The notes under the pieces are model-generated. The model worked only from the letters and a program-made list of their open reading frames with translations, was not told the origin of the DNA and did no database searches. Both the position numbers and the translations under genes were made by a program. This document shows, in pieces, positions 45,221 through 57,442 of a DNA stretch of 64,000 nucleotides (its first letter is position 1; every line of letters starts with the position of its first letter). The stretch comes from Zancudomyces culisetae HAW-14-8 (taxonomy: Eukaryota > Fungi > Kickxellomycota), in contig JBNJNM010000013.1 of NCBI GenBank assembly GCA_052426225.1, forward strand, positions 1,116,001 through 1,180,000, written 5' to 3'.

Positions 45221-45466
45221 ACCACATACCACATACTATATACTTTATACGTATTTGTTGGTCCCCAATCTTTTCATTATTTTACTGAATGGTTAATTTT
45301 AAGTCTTCACTTTTTATATTTATAGGTTTTTGAATTGTTAACAATAGCGTTACAACCATTTAATTAAATTAGAAATTATTCGACTATAAGAATAATACCA
45401 AAATAAAATAATAAGAGAAAAGGTTTACAAAACAAAATCAAAAATCTTGTAAAAAAAATAAAAAAA

Positions 45467-48400
45467 ATGGATGCATTGGATAGTTTTGGATTTATCAATG
45501 AGTTTTTAGACAACCATTTGAATTCATTAGAATCACTGACAGTCTTGAATGATTATCTGCAAGCCGAAAAACAAGCATTCAAACTCAACGAAAGCAAGGT
45601 AAATATATATTACTAGTTGCTACAATTTAACGTTCTTTAGAGTATAAATAAAAGTAAAAGTAGAAAATAAAAATAAAAGTAAAAAATAAAAAAAGTAGAA
45701 GGGGGGGGGGAGAAAATTTTGCCTTGTAGATAATTGATAATATCTAAATACTAATAGTTTAAACAAACATCACATCAACTGGACTTGGTTACCCAAGAGA
45801 TTGAGAGTGAAACCAAGAATGCAAAAGTAGAGCTCGGTGAACTGCGGAAAATCAATCTCGATGTACTTCGGGAAAACGAAACCAGTGGGTTTAGTGTTGT
45901 TGGCGAAGGACGTTCAAGCTCGTCCAAATGGCTCGAGACTGTTGAACGAGAAATTGGAAAAATTAGGGTATTAGAAACCACTAGCTTAATCCTGACACAG
46001 CTCTACAATGTACTGGAAACCGGCAAGGTTATTGAAGAAAAAATACCCGAGGATATAGAAAAGAGTTTTCTAATATTCAGCAAGTTGGAATCCAGCATAG
46101 AAAAATGTGAAAAGCTGCTCAAGGAAAAAAGTAAAGGAGAATATCAAGAACCCAATTCATTAAAGTACGCTTATGAGCAGCTTGGGGATATCTGGAGCCG
46201 TATGATACACAAGGCAATAAAATGTGAGGAGGAAGGGTTGCAGCGGATAGGCTGGCCCGATAAAATACGAGTAGACAATATTAAAGATTTGGAATTGTTC
46301 TACAAAAGTGTCAAGGCATTACGACAGCTTGAACAATTGTTTTCGGCACTTTCTAGTAAAGTACAAAGTAAAATAGGCGATTGGGACAGTTCCAAGCTTA
46401 GCCAAAGATGGAATATTGAGTTGCCAATAGCAATTTTGATACAAGAGGTATCACGACGGTTCCAATACCATTTTAGTGGAGATAAACCGACCAATCGAAT
46501 GGATAGGCCAGAACTGTGTTTAGGTTATTTATTAAAAGATATTGCACAAGTAGTGGTGTTTATTGAAAATGTAGTACAAAAACTTGTATGGCCTGAACAA
46601 ACCAACAACAATTCTGAAAAGCAGCAGCAGCAGCAGCAGCAAGCGCGTGATCAGTATATTTTTGGACTTGTACAAGTTTTGACAGAAAAGTTAGATAATG
46701 AAAAACAACAGTGGATTGAACAATGCGCACTAATTCCGATGCTAATAGCAGAAATGGGTAACTTTGATGAAACATTGCAAGAAATATATTTGTTTGGAGT
46801 TGAAAAAGTTAATGGAGAAAAATGGAACGGAAGCTCGAGTTATTGGCTTGGAAAGAACAAGGAAATCTTGCAGAGCTGGAGAGATTATGAAATGCAGAAT
46901 AGTAAAGAGGAATATATATTTGAGATAAAGGATCCAAAGGCACTAGAACTTTTGGGAAGGCGGATGGATGCGGGGATTGGCGTAGGTAGTGGAGAAATAG
47001 ATGGGTTTGGAGTGGATGGGTGTGTAGATGGAGCGGTATGGGCATCAAAGTCATCGCTACAGATCCAAAGTATGGTTGATAGTCTTGTAGAACGTATTTC
47101 GCCACTTAGAGAGGAATCGTGGAAACTGAATTTTATTGAAACAGTATGTTTTGAGATATTCAAGGTGTATATTCAAGATATAGAGGCCGAAGTTGAGGAT
47201 TTTAGCCGGGTTGGGATTGCGTTTTTACAAGATAAATTGGGAACAAGTACCTTGCCAATTGCTCAAAGAGCTGGTAGAGTGTCTACTTCATCATCATTGA
47301 AATCACAGTTTCAGCAAAAAGCTGAATTGGGTGCTAGTCTTGCGAGTAATAAGCTGGCGGTTCGGCTGGAACAAAGAGGATTGAGTAGTTTTGTAGCCCG
47401 GCTCAAAAAAGTATCGGGACTGTTGTATTCTGCGCATCATATTACAGTGGCAATGAAGGAATGGGCAGATTCGGAGTTTTGGTTGGAATTGTGGGAATGG
47501 AAGTGTACACAACGTTATGAAAAATCAGTAGCAAGTAAAGATAACGAAAACGAAAATGAAAATGAAAACGAAGTGGAAATGGAAATGCAAATGGAAAAAG
47601 ATGATGAGTACATGCCAGAGTTGCCAGTACATATTACCAGTGTGGCACAACTCAAGAGAATCGTTTATGACCAAGATTTGTTTACCAAATTTATGGCCAA
47701 ATACAATTTCTGTATTCAAAAATGTATGGATTTGTATGTACAAATGTTGGAAAAACAGCTAATCCACACAAACTTCAAGTCGTTTGCAAAATCACAACCG
47801 AAGAGTTCAACTTTTTCATCTCCATTTTCGGATTCTGACAATAATACTTTTGAAACAAAATCTGTGGCCAATACCCAAACCAACACTAACCAAGAATCTG
47901 GTGAGTTTAATAATGATTTATCTACCAGTCCGTCAGAATCGCTATTTGAGACCATGAGAACTGTCAATACTGTTCTTCCTTATATCCAACTATCTCTGCT
48001 AAACCGTTCGCATTTCAGATCTGTTTTGTCCAGGTTTCTAAAGTCTTTAGATACTTGGATTCTTGAAAATGTAATCCTGGTCTCCAATACCAAGTGGAAT
48101 CCTGATATGGCACGGCAATTGGCTATTGACTTGCAGTATATTTCCTTTTCTATCAGCCATGCTTTAGACGCCACCAGGTTTGGAACTGGTTCTGCATCAT
48201 TGAAACATAATGTTGAAGGTGAGGATAATAGTGATTATACCAAACTACCTCTTTCAAAAGCTTGTGCCTATTTGCTAAATTTACCACTAACTCTTTCTCA
48301 ACTCTCTAAATTCCAAAATCAAGCAAAACCACTAAAAACCAAAGAGAATATAAGTTCCCAATCTTGGCTAAGGGGTGTTAAAGGATACCCTCATTATATT

Positions 48401-48634
48401 TCACCTCTACAGCTGGGTAACTTGGTTCTTTCATATTATGAGGAACGTAATAGTAAATTTCCAACCAAAAAAGTTAATGACAATGATTTTAATGCAAATG
48501 TTGATGAAAACCAGCTATTTGAAGAAATTAAACATCAAGTGTTTACTGAGTATCCGACTATTGTTAGTCAATTAACCCCGTATCAGATATACCAAGTGTT
48601 CAGTTCTAGGTCGGACAAGAAAGCGTTTTACTAG
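45467..48634 (+). CDS. TIP20: RINT1/TIP20 family ER-Golgi tethering subunit, 2 exons (45467-45598, 45758-48634)
   Basis: Signature RFQYHFSGDKPTNRMDRPE; L..IGWP; C-terminal ARQLAIDL. Exon 1 (MDALDSFGFINEFLDNHLNSLESL..) joins in frame via the phase-0 GTAAAT..CTAATAG intron 45599-45757. Confidence 0.87.
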
Positions 48635-49798
48635 ATTGCTCATTCTTTTTCTCTCGTTTTATGTTTCTCATTAATACACTCCGTATTTCATTTGATTCTA
48701 TTTTATTATTCTTGTAATATAACAGTGATGTTACGCCGGGATTATGACCTGATCAAAATAACGAATAAGAGAGAACGGAAAAATGTGAGATGGGAAATTA
48801 AAACGTGTTACCAAGTTTGTATTCACATGCAATGTTTATCTTTTAACCATCTTTTTCTCTTTTTCTAGAAAAAAAAAATAGTGATTATTGATTAATCTAT
48901 ATTGATTAGTAATGAAATGATGAGTAATGTGATTTGTGAGCTAGAAAAAGGTAGGTGGAAAAGGGAATGGAGGAGGAGGAGGAGGAGGAGGAAGAGGAAG
49001 AAGAGATGGTATTAGTTTAAAGAATTTTAAAGATGATCAAGAGAATGGCAATAGAACTCGGAAAAAAGGAGGATGGGATGAAAGAATAAGTTGAAATTGG
49101 CGATTCTAGTTTTAATTTGAGTTTTAATATGATAAATAGGCTGGAATGATCACTTGAAGAATAAATCACACACTAAACATTAAATCACATTTTTTTCCTC
49201 TAAAGTATATATTTCAACCATTTTTATAGTCTTCATATAGCAAAAAAAAAATAATTTAAAAAAAATATGTACGCAATATATATATTATATTTGTTCATTT
49301 GTTATGCATGGGATATATCGGGATATTCAGTATTATTTTTCACTGATTACTAATCGGCTTTATGTTTCCTTTTATAGAAAAAAAATTTTTTTTAATATTT
49401 ATTTGCTAGTTCAATGCGTCAGATACAAATAATTACACAAATCTTATTTTTACATTTTAAAAAAAAAAATTTAGTAGAATAAAAAAAAAACATATAAAAA
49501 AAAAAAACAAATGATATTATTTGGTGTAAAAATTCGTCATTTTTAATGAACTTGCTCCATAAACTAGACAAAACTAAATAATAAAAAAAAACTAATTTAA
49601 TTCAACTCAATATTCATATTAAATAACGAAAAAAATATCGTTAATTTACTTTTATATATATACCCTTTAAACTTTTAATTTTTTAAAAAAAATTTGAGGT
49701 TGAAGGTGGCAAGAAAAGTGATAGAGTTCTTGCAACTTAGTAGAGAATAACTATAGAAAATAAGCAACGAAAGAAAAAAAAAAAAGACATAGGGAATA

Positions 49799-51805
49799 AT
49801 GGGTCTTTTGTCACTTGGAACTCCACTGGACTGGCAAGAAGCCAAAAAACACGCAGAGTTTATTCGCAAAAACGGAATTGAACAATTTCTTCATGTATAC
49901 AACCAAATTAAGGATAAGAATAGGGATAATTTGCTGTGGGGGGATGAAATCGAATACTTGGTAGTGGAACTTGATCCGGAAGCCAAAAAGGCTCGATTGT
50001 TAAATGAAAACTATAAAATCATTGAAAGGTTGCAGCAGGACGAGATTGATTATCTTGAAAACGCCGAAAAGGGAATCAAGTCTTCGCCACCATTGGCCTT
50101 GTGGAGACCTGAGTATGGTGATTTCATGATTGAGGGCACGCCAGGAGAGCCATATGGATCAAATCTGAAGGATCTGTTGACAGTAGAGAAAAGTATGCAG
50201 TACAGACGAAACCGGGCAAATAGCGAGTTAAAAAAGAACCAAGCGGCGCTTTCAATTACAGCATATCCAAAGATGGGGCAAGGTGATTGGATTTCACCAC
50301 ACTATGAGGCAGGAGGAAAGTATGCACAGAGTTTGTTTATTCCAGACGAAGTAATCAATCCACATCCACGGTTCAAAACATTAAGTGCGAACATTAGAGA
50401 AAGAAGGCAGGCCAAAGTGGAAATCAACGTACCAATATTTAGAGATACCAATACACCATGGCCATTTATAGATCCAACTATTCCATGGGATAGGCAAAAA
50501 TATCCGGGGGACAGTGAAGCCAAAAATGGAGCAGCCAAGGAAAACCACGTATATATGGATGCGATGGCGTTTGGAATGGGATGTTGTTGTCTCCAAGTAA
50601 CATTCCAAGCCAGCAACGTCAACGAAGCACGACGACTCAACGACCAACTGGCACCAGTCGGGGCGATTATGATGGCATTGTCGGCGGCAAGTCCATGTTA
50701 TCGCGGGTTTGTTACAGATATTGACTGTCGGTGGAACGTTATCAGTGCAGCGGTAGATGACCGGACGCCATATGAACGTGGGGTTTCGGACATACGGCAA
50801 GGAAACGAACGGCGGATTACCAAGTCACGATACGCCACAATTGATTCGTATTTGGGTTCGAACGATGGGTTTTTCCAGCCAGAATACAATGATGTCGATT
50901 TGGAATACGACCACGAGATATACAAACACTTGCGAGAGGCTGGCGGCGTTGATGAGCATCTTGCACGCCATATTGCGCATCTATTTATTCGCGACCCGTT
51001 GGTTATTTTTGAGGAAAAACTGGAGCTGGACAATACAGCAACTACTGACCACTTTGAGAATTTGCAGTCAACCAACTGGCAAAATATGCGGTTTAAACTG
51101 CCACCAGGGCCGGGATCGAAGATTGGATGGCGGGTAGAGTTCCGACCTATTGAGGCCCAGTTTACTGATTTCGAAAATGCAGCATTTGCCATTTTTGTTG
51201 TTTTGCTTACCCGGGCTATTCTTTCATTTGATTTAGACTTTTATCTGAAAGTTACTAAAATGGATGAAAATATGCAACGTGCTCATCGTCGTGATGCTGT
51301 CAACCAATGCAAGTTTTGGTTTAGAAAAAATGTATTTCCTCGCAGACCAGTCATTGGTGGTGGTGGCGGTGACCTCACCAAAGACTCTGAACCTACCAAA
51401 AATAACGACAATATTCTTACAAATGGAAAACCCGTCGATACGAATGATGAAATAGAGCAACACAACGACCAAGAAATGACTCTTGATGAGATCATCAATG
51501 GTCAACAAGAACAACAATCCAGCTCACTCTCTTCATCCTCTCACTTCCCTGGCCTAGCTCCCATAGTCGAATCATATCTCGATTCCTCAAATATCGATAT
51601 AATAACTCGCTGTCAGCTACAGAAATATATCGACTTGATTCGCAAGCGTGCTACTGGAGAGTCCAAAACCAATGCTCTGTGGATTCGTGAATTTATCGCT
51701 TCTCACCCAGATTATAAACATGACTCGTTTATTCCTGACTCTACTAACTACGATTTGTTATCCACCATTAATGACATTTCTGCAAAAAACACTTTCCCAT
51801 TTTAA
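49799..51805 (+). CDS. GSH1: Glutamate-cysteine ligase catalytic subunit
   Basis: MGLLSLGTPLDW, LLWGDEIEY, WRPEYG..MIEGTPG, YMDAMAFGMGCCCLQVTFQ, HFENLQSTNWQ, IGWRVEFRP. Confidence 0.98.
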   Translation: MGLLSLGTPLDWQEAKKHAEFIRKNGIEQFLHVYNQIKDKNRDNLLWGDEIEYLVVELDPEAKKARLLNENYKIIERLQQDEIDYLENAEKGIKSSPPLALWRPEYGDFMIEGTPGEPYGSNLKDLLTVEKSMQYRRNRANSELKKNQAALSITAYPKMGQGDWISPHYEAGGKYAQSLFIPDEVINPHPRFKTLSANIRERRQAKVEINVPIFRDTNTPWPFIDPTIPWDRQKYPGDSEAKNGAAKENHVYMDAMAFGMGCCCLQVTFQASNVNEARRLNDQLAPVGAIMMALSAASPCYRGFVTDIDCRWNVISAAVDDRTPYERGVSDIRQGNERRITKSRYATIDSYLGSNDGFFQPEYNDVDLEYDHEIYKHLREAGGVDEHLARHIAHLFIRDPLVIFEEKLELDNTATTDHFENLQSTNWQNMRFKLPPGPGSKIGWRVEFRPIEAQFTDFENAAFAIFVVLLTRAILSFDLDFYLKVTKMDENMQRAHRRDAVNQCKFWFRKNVFPRRPVIGGGGGDLTKDSEPTKNNDNILTNGKPVDTNDEIEQHNDQEMTLDEIINGQQEQQSSSLSSSSHFPGLAPIVESYLDSSNIDIITRCQLQKYIDLIRKRATGESKTNALWIREFIASHPDYKHDSFIPDSTNYDLLSTINDISAKNTFPF

Positions 51806-51892
51806 ATCTCCCTTTATTTATTTATTTATTCCATTAAAAATTATATATATAAACGTTAATTTTACATTTTTATTTTTTCTGATATTATTTTC

Positions 51893-54800
51893 TTAACCAC
51901 TATCAACAAAACTTCCACTAGACGTCCCATTCCTTAGTCCTTGCAACTTGTTTTCTGACATTGATAACCGTTTTTTCTTTGTAAAAAATCCACTGTTATT
52001 TGCATTAGCTCTTTTTACCCCCTCCAACTGTAACTGCGCCTCTTGTTGTAATCGTGGTTGTGGTTGTGTTTGTGGTTGTGTTTGTGTTTGAGATAAAAAA
52101 GTTGGTCCGATTACCTCTGAATCACTACTATAATGAACTGGAAGTGCATTGTTTCCTGCCCTATTTTTTAGTATTCCCTTTTTCGGAACTGCTGAAAAAT
52201 TGGGTGTGTTGTGAATATTATGCCCACTTGAAAATCCAGAACTAGCATTAGGATTCGAGCTACTATGTCCCTCAGCGTTTGTCCCAAAATCAAACGTTAT
52301 CCCCGCTTTTCCCCTTCTACCACCTACCTCACTATTCCCACTACCACCACTAGCACTACTAGCACTATTACCACTACTAACACCCGCATTAATATTTGAA
52401 TTTGATGTATTTACATTGGTTTTTCGCCCCATAGAATAACCACCACTTCCAACCACCGATGACCTTCGAGCCGCTCGCATTGCTCGGGGCCCTGGTCGGC
52501 TAGTTACTGTTGACCCACCAGAATTGCTAGGTGTAGGATTGTCGCTAACCCCAGCTCCAAATTTACCTATTTTGGCTCGGTTGTTTGATGCAAGACTATC
52601 TTCATCAAACGATTCGGTTCTTTTTCGCTTTTGAATAGAGTCAGTTACATTTATTCCATTTGTAGTTGTAGTTGTGTTCGTAGTTGTATTTGTGTTTCCA
52701 TGTGTAGTTGTGCTTTGCAAAACTGTACCAGGCAAACTGTATCTTGCTCGTCGAGCTCTGAGTGGTGCTTTCTGTCCAACGACACTACTAGTTGGTGCTG
52801 TATTGGTTGATACTACTGATCCAGATCCCGACCCTGGAGTTGGTACAGGAGGTAAAGACATTGTCGATAAGGCTCCTGAACGTACAGTTCGAAGTGATGA
52901 TGATGTAACCATTCGAGTTTTTTGAGAATTATTGTTGTTAACACTACTACTACTACTGTTGCTGTTGGGATTACTGTTACTATAACTGTTGCTACTGCTA
53001 CTAGAATTCAAAGATACAGTCGAAAGTGGTGGTCGTCTTTCAATATACTCTACACTGCTACTGTCATCTAAGTATTCGAACGCAACCGTCGAATCAACCT
53101 TTGATGGCCCACCTCCTCTTTGTAATGCGGCTATAGTATATTCCTTACTATCCACATACCTATTTAACACTGCCGATGTATCTTGTACAGCCATTTTTAA
53201 CATTTGCTGTACAAATGTAGTTACCTCATAAACATCAAGTCCATCACCAACAATCTTGTCCAACATCGCAATACAATGCTTTGCCACCCCAAAACTTGTC
53301 GCATTTGCTCCCAAAGCTGCTCTAACCACCCGTGCTTGTGCTTCGCTCAGCTTGGTAAATAATTCACACTGTCGCTGACTAGCTCGCTTTTCGCTACTCA
53401 CTTGCAATATCTTGTACTCTTGCTCCACTTTATACTTGTGTTCAGCATTCATTCCCTTTGTGCTGCCCATACATCGTCGCGCCTCATACATCCCACGCTG
53501 TAGCGACCCTCCCGAATGGTTTGCAAGCCTACTGGCTAGCCGAATTTGCTCTGTTAACATACCCAAACTTTCGCTTATATGATCCATTATCTTGTCTTTT
53601 TCATCTGTTTCATAGTTTCGCATTTTAAATTCCATACAAACAGCTCCATATTTTTCTTTTATTTCTTTAAAGCTTTGTTGTCCCTCCATAAACGCCTGGA
53701 TAAATATTGCTGCTGAACTCTTTTCATATTGCGCCCCTGAAACATTTCTAAATGCCTCTCCCAACCGGTTCCTTATATCCACCACTGACTGCTCCGCAAT
53801 TGCCTTTCGCCGCCTATCTGTTGCTGCATCGCCTCCATACCCTCCATACCCTCCATACCCTCCATACCCTCTACCACTACTGCTGCTAACCGGTCCCCTC
53901 TTTTTGAGTTCTGCAACTTCTTGTTGTAACCGTCTAATCTCCTCGCTCTGTTCTTGAATCTTTTTTGTATATTGCGCAATATGCACTTTGCTGCTTGTAA
54001 GATTTTTATTAACTGTGGTTTTGATGTTCTTTGCCCGACTAGCATACTTTAACGTATTATGTGTCTCTTCATAATACGTCGACGATGGTGATACACATGT
54101 TATCATTACTGTTTTGCAATTCCCTCCAAGTGAAAACTTCAACAATCTTGTAAGCTTGGAATCACGGTACGGCACATGTCGAACCTTTTTGGGGTCACAC
54201 AACGCGTTTATACAATTCGCCAACGCCAACAATGACCTATTTATGTTGGCCCCTTCCCTCATCCGCTCTCCAACATTGTTTGACACTGTTGCGCGTTCAC
54301 TGCCCGCCAGATCTATAATACTAAGTGTCGCCGATGTAATATCTGTCTTCATTCCACCACTTTTAGGCTTTTGCATAATCTTTATTTGTAGGACCGCATG
54401 GCTTCGCGACGATGTTTCGTTTGCTGCTGTAGGTGACATTGTACGATTCTCATTTCCTTGTACCACCAACTTCATTACCTCTTCTACTGTCTTTGGTTTA
54501 TGCTCGCTTAACCCAGATACTATCACTCCCTGTTTTACATCTTCCCGAAGATCCAATCCCTTTGCCGATCCACCTTCGCTTACCAACAAGTCTCTAATTG
54601 CCTCGTTGTAAACTTCCAGATACGATACAGATAAACTTACCTCTTGAGTTTCATTTTCCAATTCTACTCGTTTGAATAATTCCTCCATTGTCAAAAATAT
54701 AATCCCTGGATTCTCCTTAGTCCCACTAATTGTATATGTCTTTCCACAGCCTGTAGCTCCATATGCAAATATAGTTGCATTGTATCCCTCCAGTACTGTT

Positions 54801-55324
54801 TGTATCATCCCATATGCGGTTCCCTCAAATACCTGTTGCTGTGTACTTTCTTCATTAAACACCTGGTCAAACACAAACCGGATATCTTTATGTTTTTTGT
54901 TATTTGCTGCTATCCCATTATTGCTTCGCATACCTCGAAAGGCTCTGCCTCTAATTCCCAACTCTTTCTTGTCCGTAAGCGGTGCTGTTTGGCCAATTTC
55001 ACTGCCTCCAAACCCATCGTCTTCGTCTGGTGGGTCAAAGACCAGCACTCGTTCGTCTATTGCATGTACTGCCTTCCATACTGGTTTATTGCCCCACTCC
55101 CCCATCCTGAGCTTTGCCAAGTTGTCAATCACATCGTCTGGAACCTCGTACCCATACTTTTCTAACGTCGAAGGAAGCATCATTCCAACTTCTTTTTTGT
55201 TAAACGGTCTTATTCTAACCGCCACCGTTATGGCTGCCTTATCGTTGTCATTTTTGCTTCCATTTTTATCGTGCGTCTTATCAATCGTACCCCCCACTGC
55301 CACATTGTTTAAATCAACACCCAT
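51893..55324 (-). CDS. KIP3: Kinesin-8 motor (Kip3/KIF18/Klp5-6)
   Basis: VAVRIRP, VLVFDP (kinesin-8), P-loop FAYGATGCGKT, switch I NETSSRSH, switch II DLAGSERA, EGANINRSLLAL, HVPYRDSKLTRLLKFSLGGNC; low-complexity tail. Confidence 0.95.
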   Translation of the reverse strand: MGVDLNNVAVGGTIDKTHDKNGSKNDNDKAAITVAVRIRPFNKKEVGMMLPSTLEKYGYEVPDDVIDNLAKLRMGEWGNKPVWKAVHAIDERVLVFDPPDEDDGFGGSEIGQTAPLTDKKELGIRGRAFRGMRSNNGIAANNKKHKDIRFVFDQVFNEESTQQQVFEGTAYGMIQTVLEGYNATIFAYGATGCGKTYTISGTKENPGIIFLTMEELFKRVELENETQEVSLSVSYLEVYNEAIRDLLVSEGGSAKGLDLREDVKQGVIVSGLSEHKPKTVEEVMKLVVQGNENRTMSPTAANETSSRSHAVLQIKIMQKPKSGGMKTDITSATLSIIDLAGSERATVSNNVGERMREGANINRSLLALANCINALCDPKKVRHVPYRDSKLTRLLKFSLGGNCKTVMITCVSPSSTYYEETHNTLKYASRAKNIKTTVNKNLTSSKVHIAQYTKKIQEQSEEIRRLQQEVAELKKRGPVSSSSGRGYGGYGGYGGYGGDAATDRRRKAIAEQSVVDIRNRLGEAFRNVSGAQYEKSSAAIFIQAFMEGQQSFKEIKEKYGAVCMEFKMRNYETDEKDKIMDHISESLGMLTEQIRLASRLANHSGGSLQRGMYEARRCMGSTKGMNAEHKYKVEQEYKILQVSSEKRASQRQCELFTKLSEAQARVVRAALGANATSFGVAKHCIAMLDKIVGDGLDVYEVTTFVQQMLKMAVQDTSAVLNRYVDSKEYTIAALQRGGGPSKVDSTVAFEYLDDSSSVEYIERRPPLSTVSLNSSSSSNSYSNSNPNSNSSSSSVNNNNSQKTRMVTSSSLRTVRSGALSTMSLPPVPTPGSGSGSVVSTNTAPTSSVVGQKAPLRARRARYSLPGTVLQSTTTHGNTNTTTNTTTTTNGINVTDSIQKRKRTESFDEDSLASNNRAKIGKFGAGVSDNPTPSNSGGSTVTSRPGPRAMRAARRSSVVGSGGYSMGRKTNVNTSNSNINAGVSSGNSASSASGGSGNSEVGGRRGKAGITFDFGTNAEGHSSSNPNASSGFSSGHNIHNTPNFSAVPKKGILKNRAGNNALPVHYSSDSEVIGPTFLSQTQTQPQTQPQPRLQQEAQLQLEGVKRANANNSGFFTKKKRLSMSENKLQGLRNGTSSGSFVDSG

Positions 55325-56392
55325 TTCATTTATTTATGTTTCCTCCTTATTTTCAATATTTTCATTTATATCACTTTGTTTGTTGCTCGTAGTTTCGTTG
55401 CTGATTCCCTACCTCTACTTAATTCTCTTTATATGCTCACTCTTAATAAGTATTAAAGTTATTTTTTTACTTGTACCGTGTATTGATTATGATACTCGCC
55501 CAAAATATTATGGCACAACTATAACTTAGGTTCTTGTGTATTTGAGAGACTTCCACACCCCTTGTATATATTCTATCTCTATAAATGTGTGAGGAAGGAA
55601 TTTCTTTTGTACACAAGTAAAGCGTCGCAGATCTGTTTTTCCCTAATCCACTCGATAAATTTATTTATTCAGCTAACACCACGACTTTATTGTAAACACT
55701 GGATTTTTAAACAACAAAATAGTGTTTTTTATTCAACTGCCTTACTGCCTCAAAATTTTTGATATTTTAAAACTAGTCTTATTATACAAGCAACACTTCT
55801 ATTTTTTTTTTCACCCTTGCTTTTTTTTTTTTTTTTTTGCTCTTGTTTAATATTGTTCTTTACATCTGTTGTTTTCCTAATATGGGCTTTATAGTCCTTT
55901 TTTTATTTATTTTGAATATCGTTTAATTTTCCCGTTTATTCAATTAAAAACAACCTAATCTTATTGTAAATAAAAATTACTGCCAATTAGACCCACTTTG
56001 TAGTATCCTTTTATTTTTTTGTTTACATTTTCCATTTTATAAAATTACCCTTATTTTGATTGACTGCGTTTATTTACAATTTTCTAATTTAACATGGCTT
56101 CAATCACAGAGTAAATTACATGTAAAACCAATAAATAAAACTATTAACCTCTACCTTGCAATGTATGTTATAGATTTCCGCTTAATATGTATTAAAAACT
56201 AGTTAGTAAACCAATGCCACAGTATGATATATCTAATGCATTATTGTTTTATTTTTATGATACTTTTAAGGTTCTAAATGGGAAGCACTTTACATATTTT
56301 TACAAAACGCTAGAAAACTTGGTTTATCATGATAAAAAACCTAAAACGCAGTGCAATATCTACACCTTTGTTATAACGCAAGCTTTTCAAGA

Positions 56393-57442
56393 CTATGCCA
56401 CTTTTGTTTTCGTTTTGTGTGCTTCATCTAAAGATTGCGATATTGGATTTTTCGCCACATGTTTTGTTTGTGTGTACTCTTTTTTCTTTTCAACTCTCTT
56501 CATCACCACTTCAAAGATAATTGCACCGAATACAGTAGCAATAGAAATCCACTGTCCGCTTGTAAGCACTTTTCCATATAGAAATACCGATAGGAGCATT
56601 GTAAACAATTTTCTAGTCACTGTTACAGTTACCAAAGTCAATGAGCCATAGTTTGCCAGCATATTGAATATAAAGCACTGTCCAATTGCTCCACAAAACG
56701 AAAACAAAAGGATGTCAAATATGGCCGCATGATTCCTGGCTAGAAAATTGAGTGCTCCTGTAAGCTCTACGCCGTATGGGTTCAGTAAATACAATAAAAG
56801 CAATCCTGCACTGCAGAGATTCATGTATATCATCATACTTCGCCCGTTTATCTTTTTGTCTATCTTCATTATTTCGTCTTGTGTCGAGTTTAGAGCACCG
56901 TCGAGTCCAAGGTTGATAAACACCAAAAGAAGTCCAAAAATACTGTCCAAGTTTAGACCTGGAGACGTTTGTTTGGTCTTGAATTTCGAGCTATCTGATG
57001 AAAAATACATAAACCCAACTACTCCTGTAGTTATACAGCCAACAACAGCGTACTTGTAGAGAGGAAACGTCCGATTGTATAGCAGCTTATGCATTACCAT
57101 AACTGGTATTAGCTTACTCGATTTTGCCAGTATCATAGTCAAATAGTCGATGTATTTCAGCGATGCATATCCAAATGGTGATGCCAGGCAGGATATCAGT
57201 GATACTTTCATGAAACTAATTGCTCTGGTTCGTGTCATTTTCAGACTAGCATCTTTTTTGATATATTTACTATAGCAGTACCCAACCACTGACGCGATAG
57301 CTGCCTGCACCATGTTCATGAAAATAAAATACTTGAATTTCTCCCCATCTCCGTACACTGTTGACGAGACCCGCTCTTGGGTATAACCCCAAGTTAAAAA
57401 GCAAATATATACACCAGCAATATTAAATGCTAACTTCAACAT
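56393..57442 (-). CDS. HUT1: UDP-galactose transporter homologue 1 (SLC35B1/UAA family); probable 5'-UTR intron at 57445-57568
   Basis: GVYICFLTWGYTQER, ASPFGYASLKYIDY..ILAKSSKLIPVM, DGALNSTQD, GAIGQCFIF..GSLTLVTVTVTRK; C-terminal KxKxx ER-retrieval signal (KTKVA). Confidence 0.93.
   Translation of the reverse strand: MLKLAFNIAGVYICFLTWGYTQERVSSTVYGDGEKFKYFIFMNMVQAAIASVVGYCYSKYIKKDASLKMTRTRAISFMKVSLISCLASPFGYASLKYIDYLTMILAKSSKLIPVMVMHKLLYNRTFPLYKYAVVGCITTGVVGFMYFSSDSSKFKTKQTSPGLNLDSIFGLLLVFINLGLDGALNSTQDEIMKIDKKINGRSMMIYMNLCSAGLLLLYLLNPYGVELTGALNFLARNHAAIFDILLFSFCGAIGQCFIFNMLANYGSLTLVTVTVTRKLFTMLLSVFLYGKVLTSGQWISIATVFGAIIFEVVMKRVEKKKEYTQTKHVAKNPISQSLDEAHKTKTKVA

Noticed and set aside
54114-55529. 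Long antisense ORFs opposite KIP3 (and similar ones opposite other genes)
   Set aside because: Shadow ORFs arising from the codon bias of well-supported genes on the other strand.
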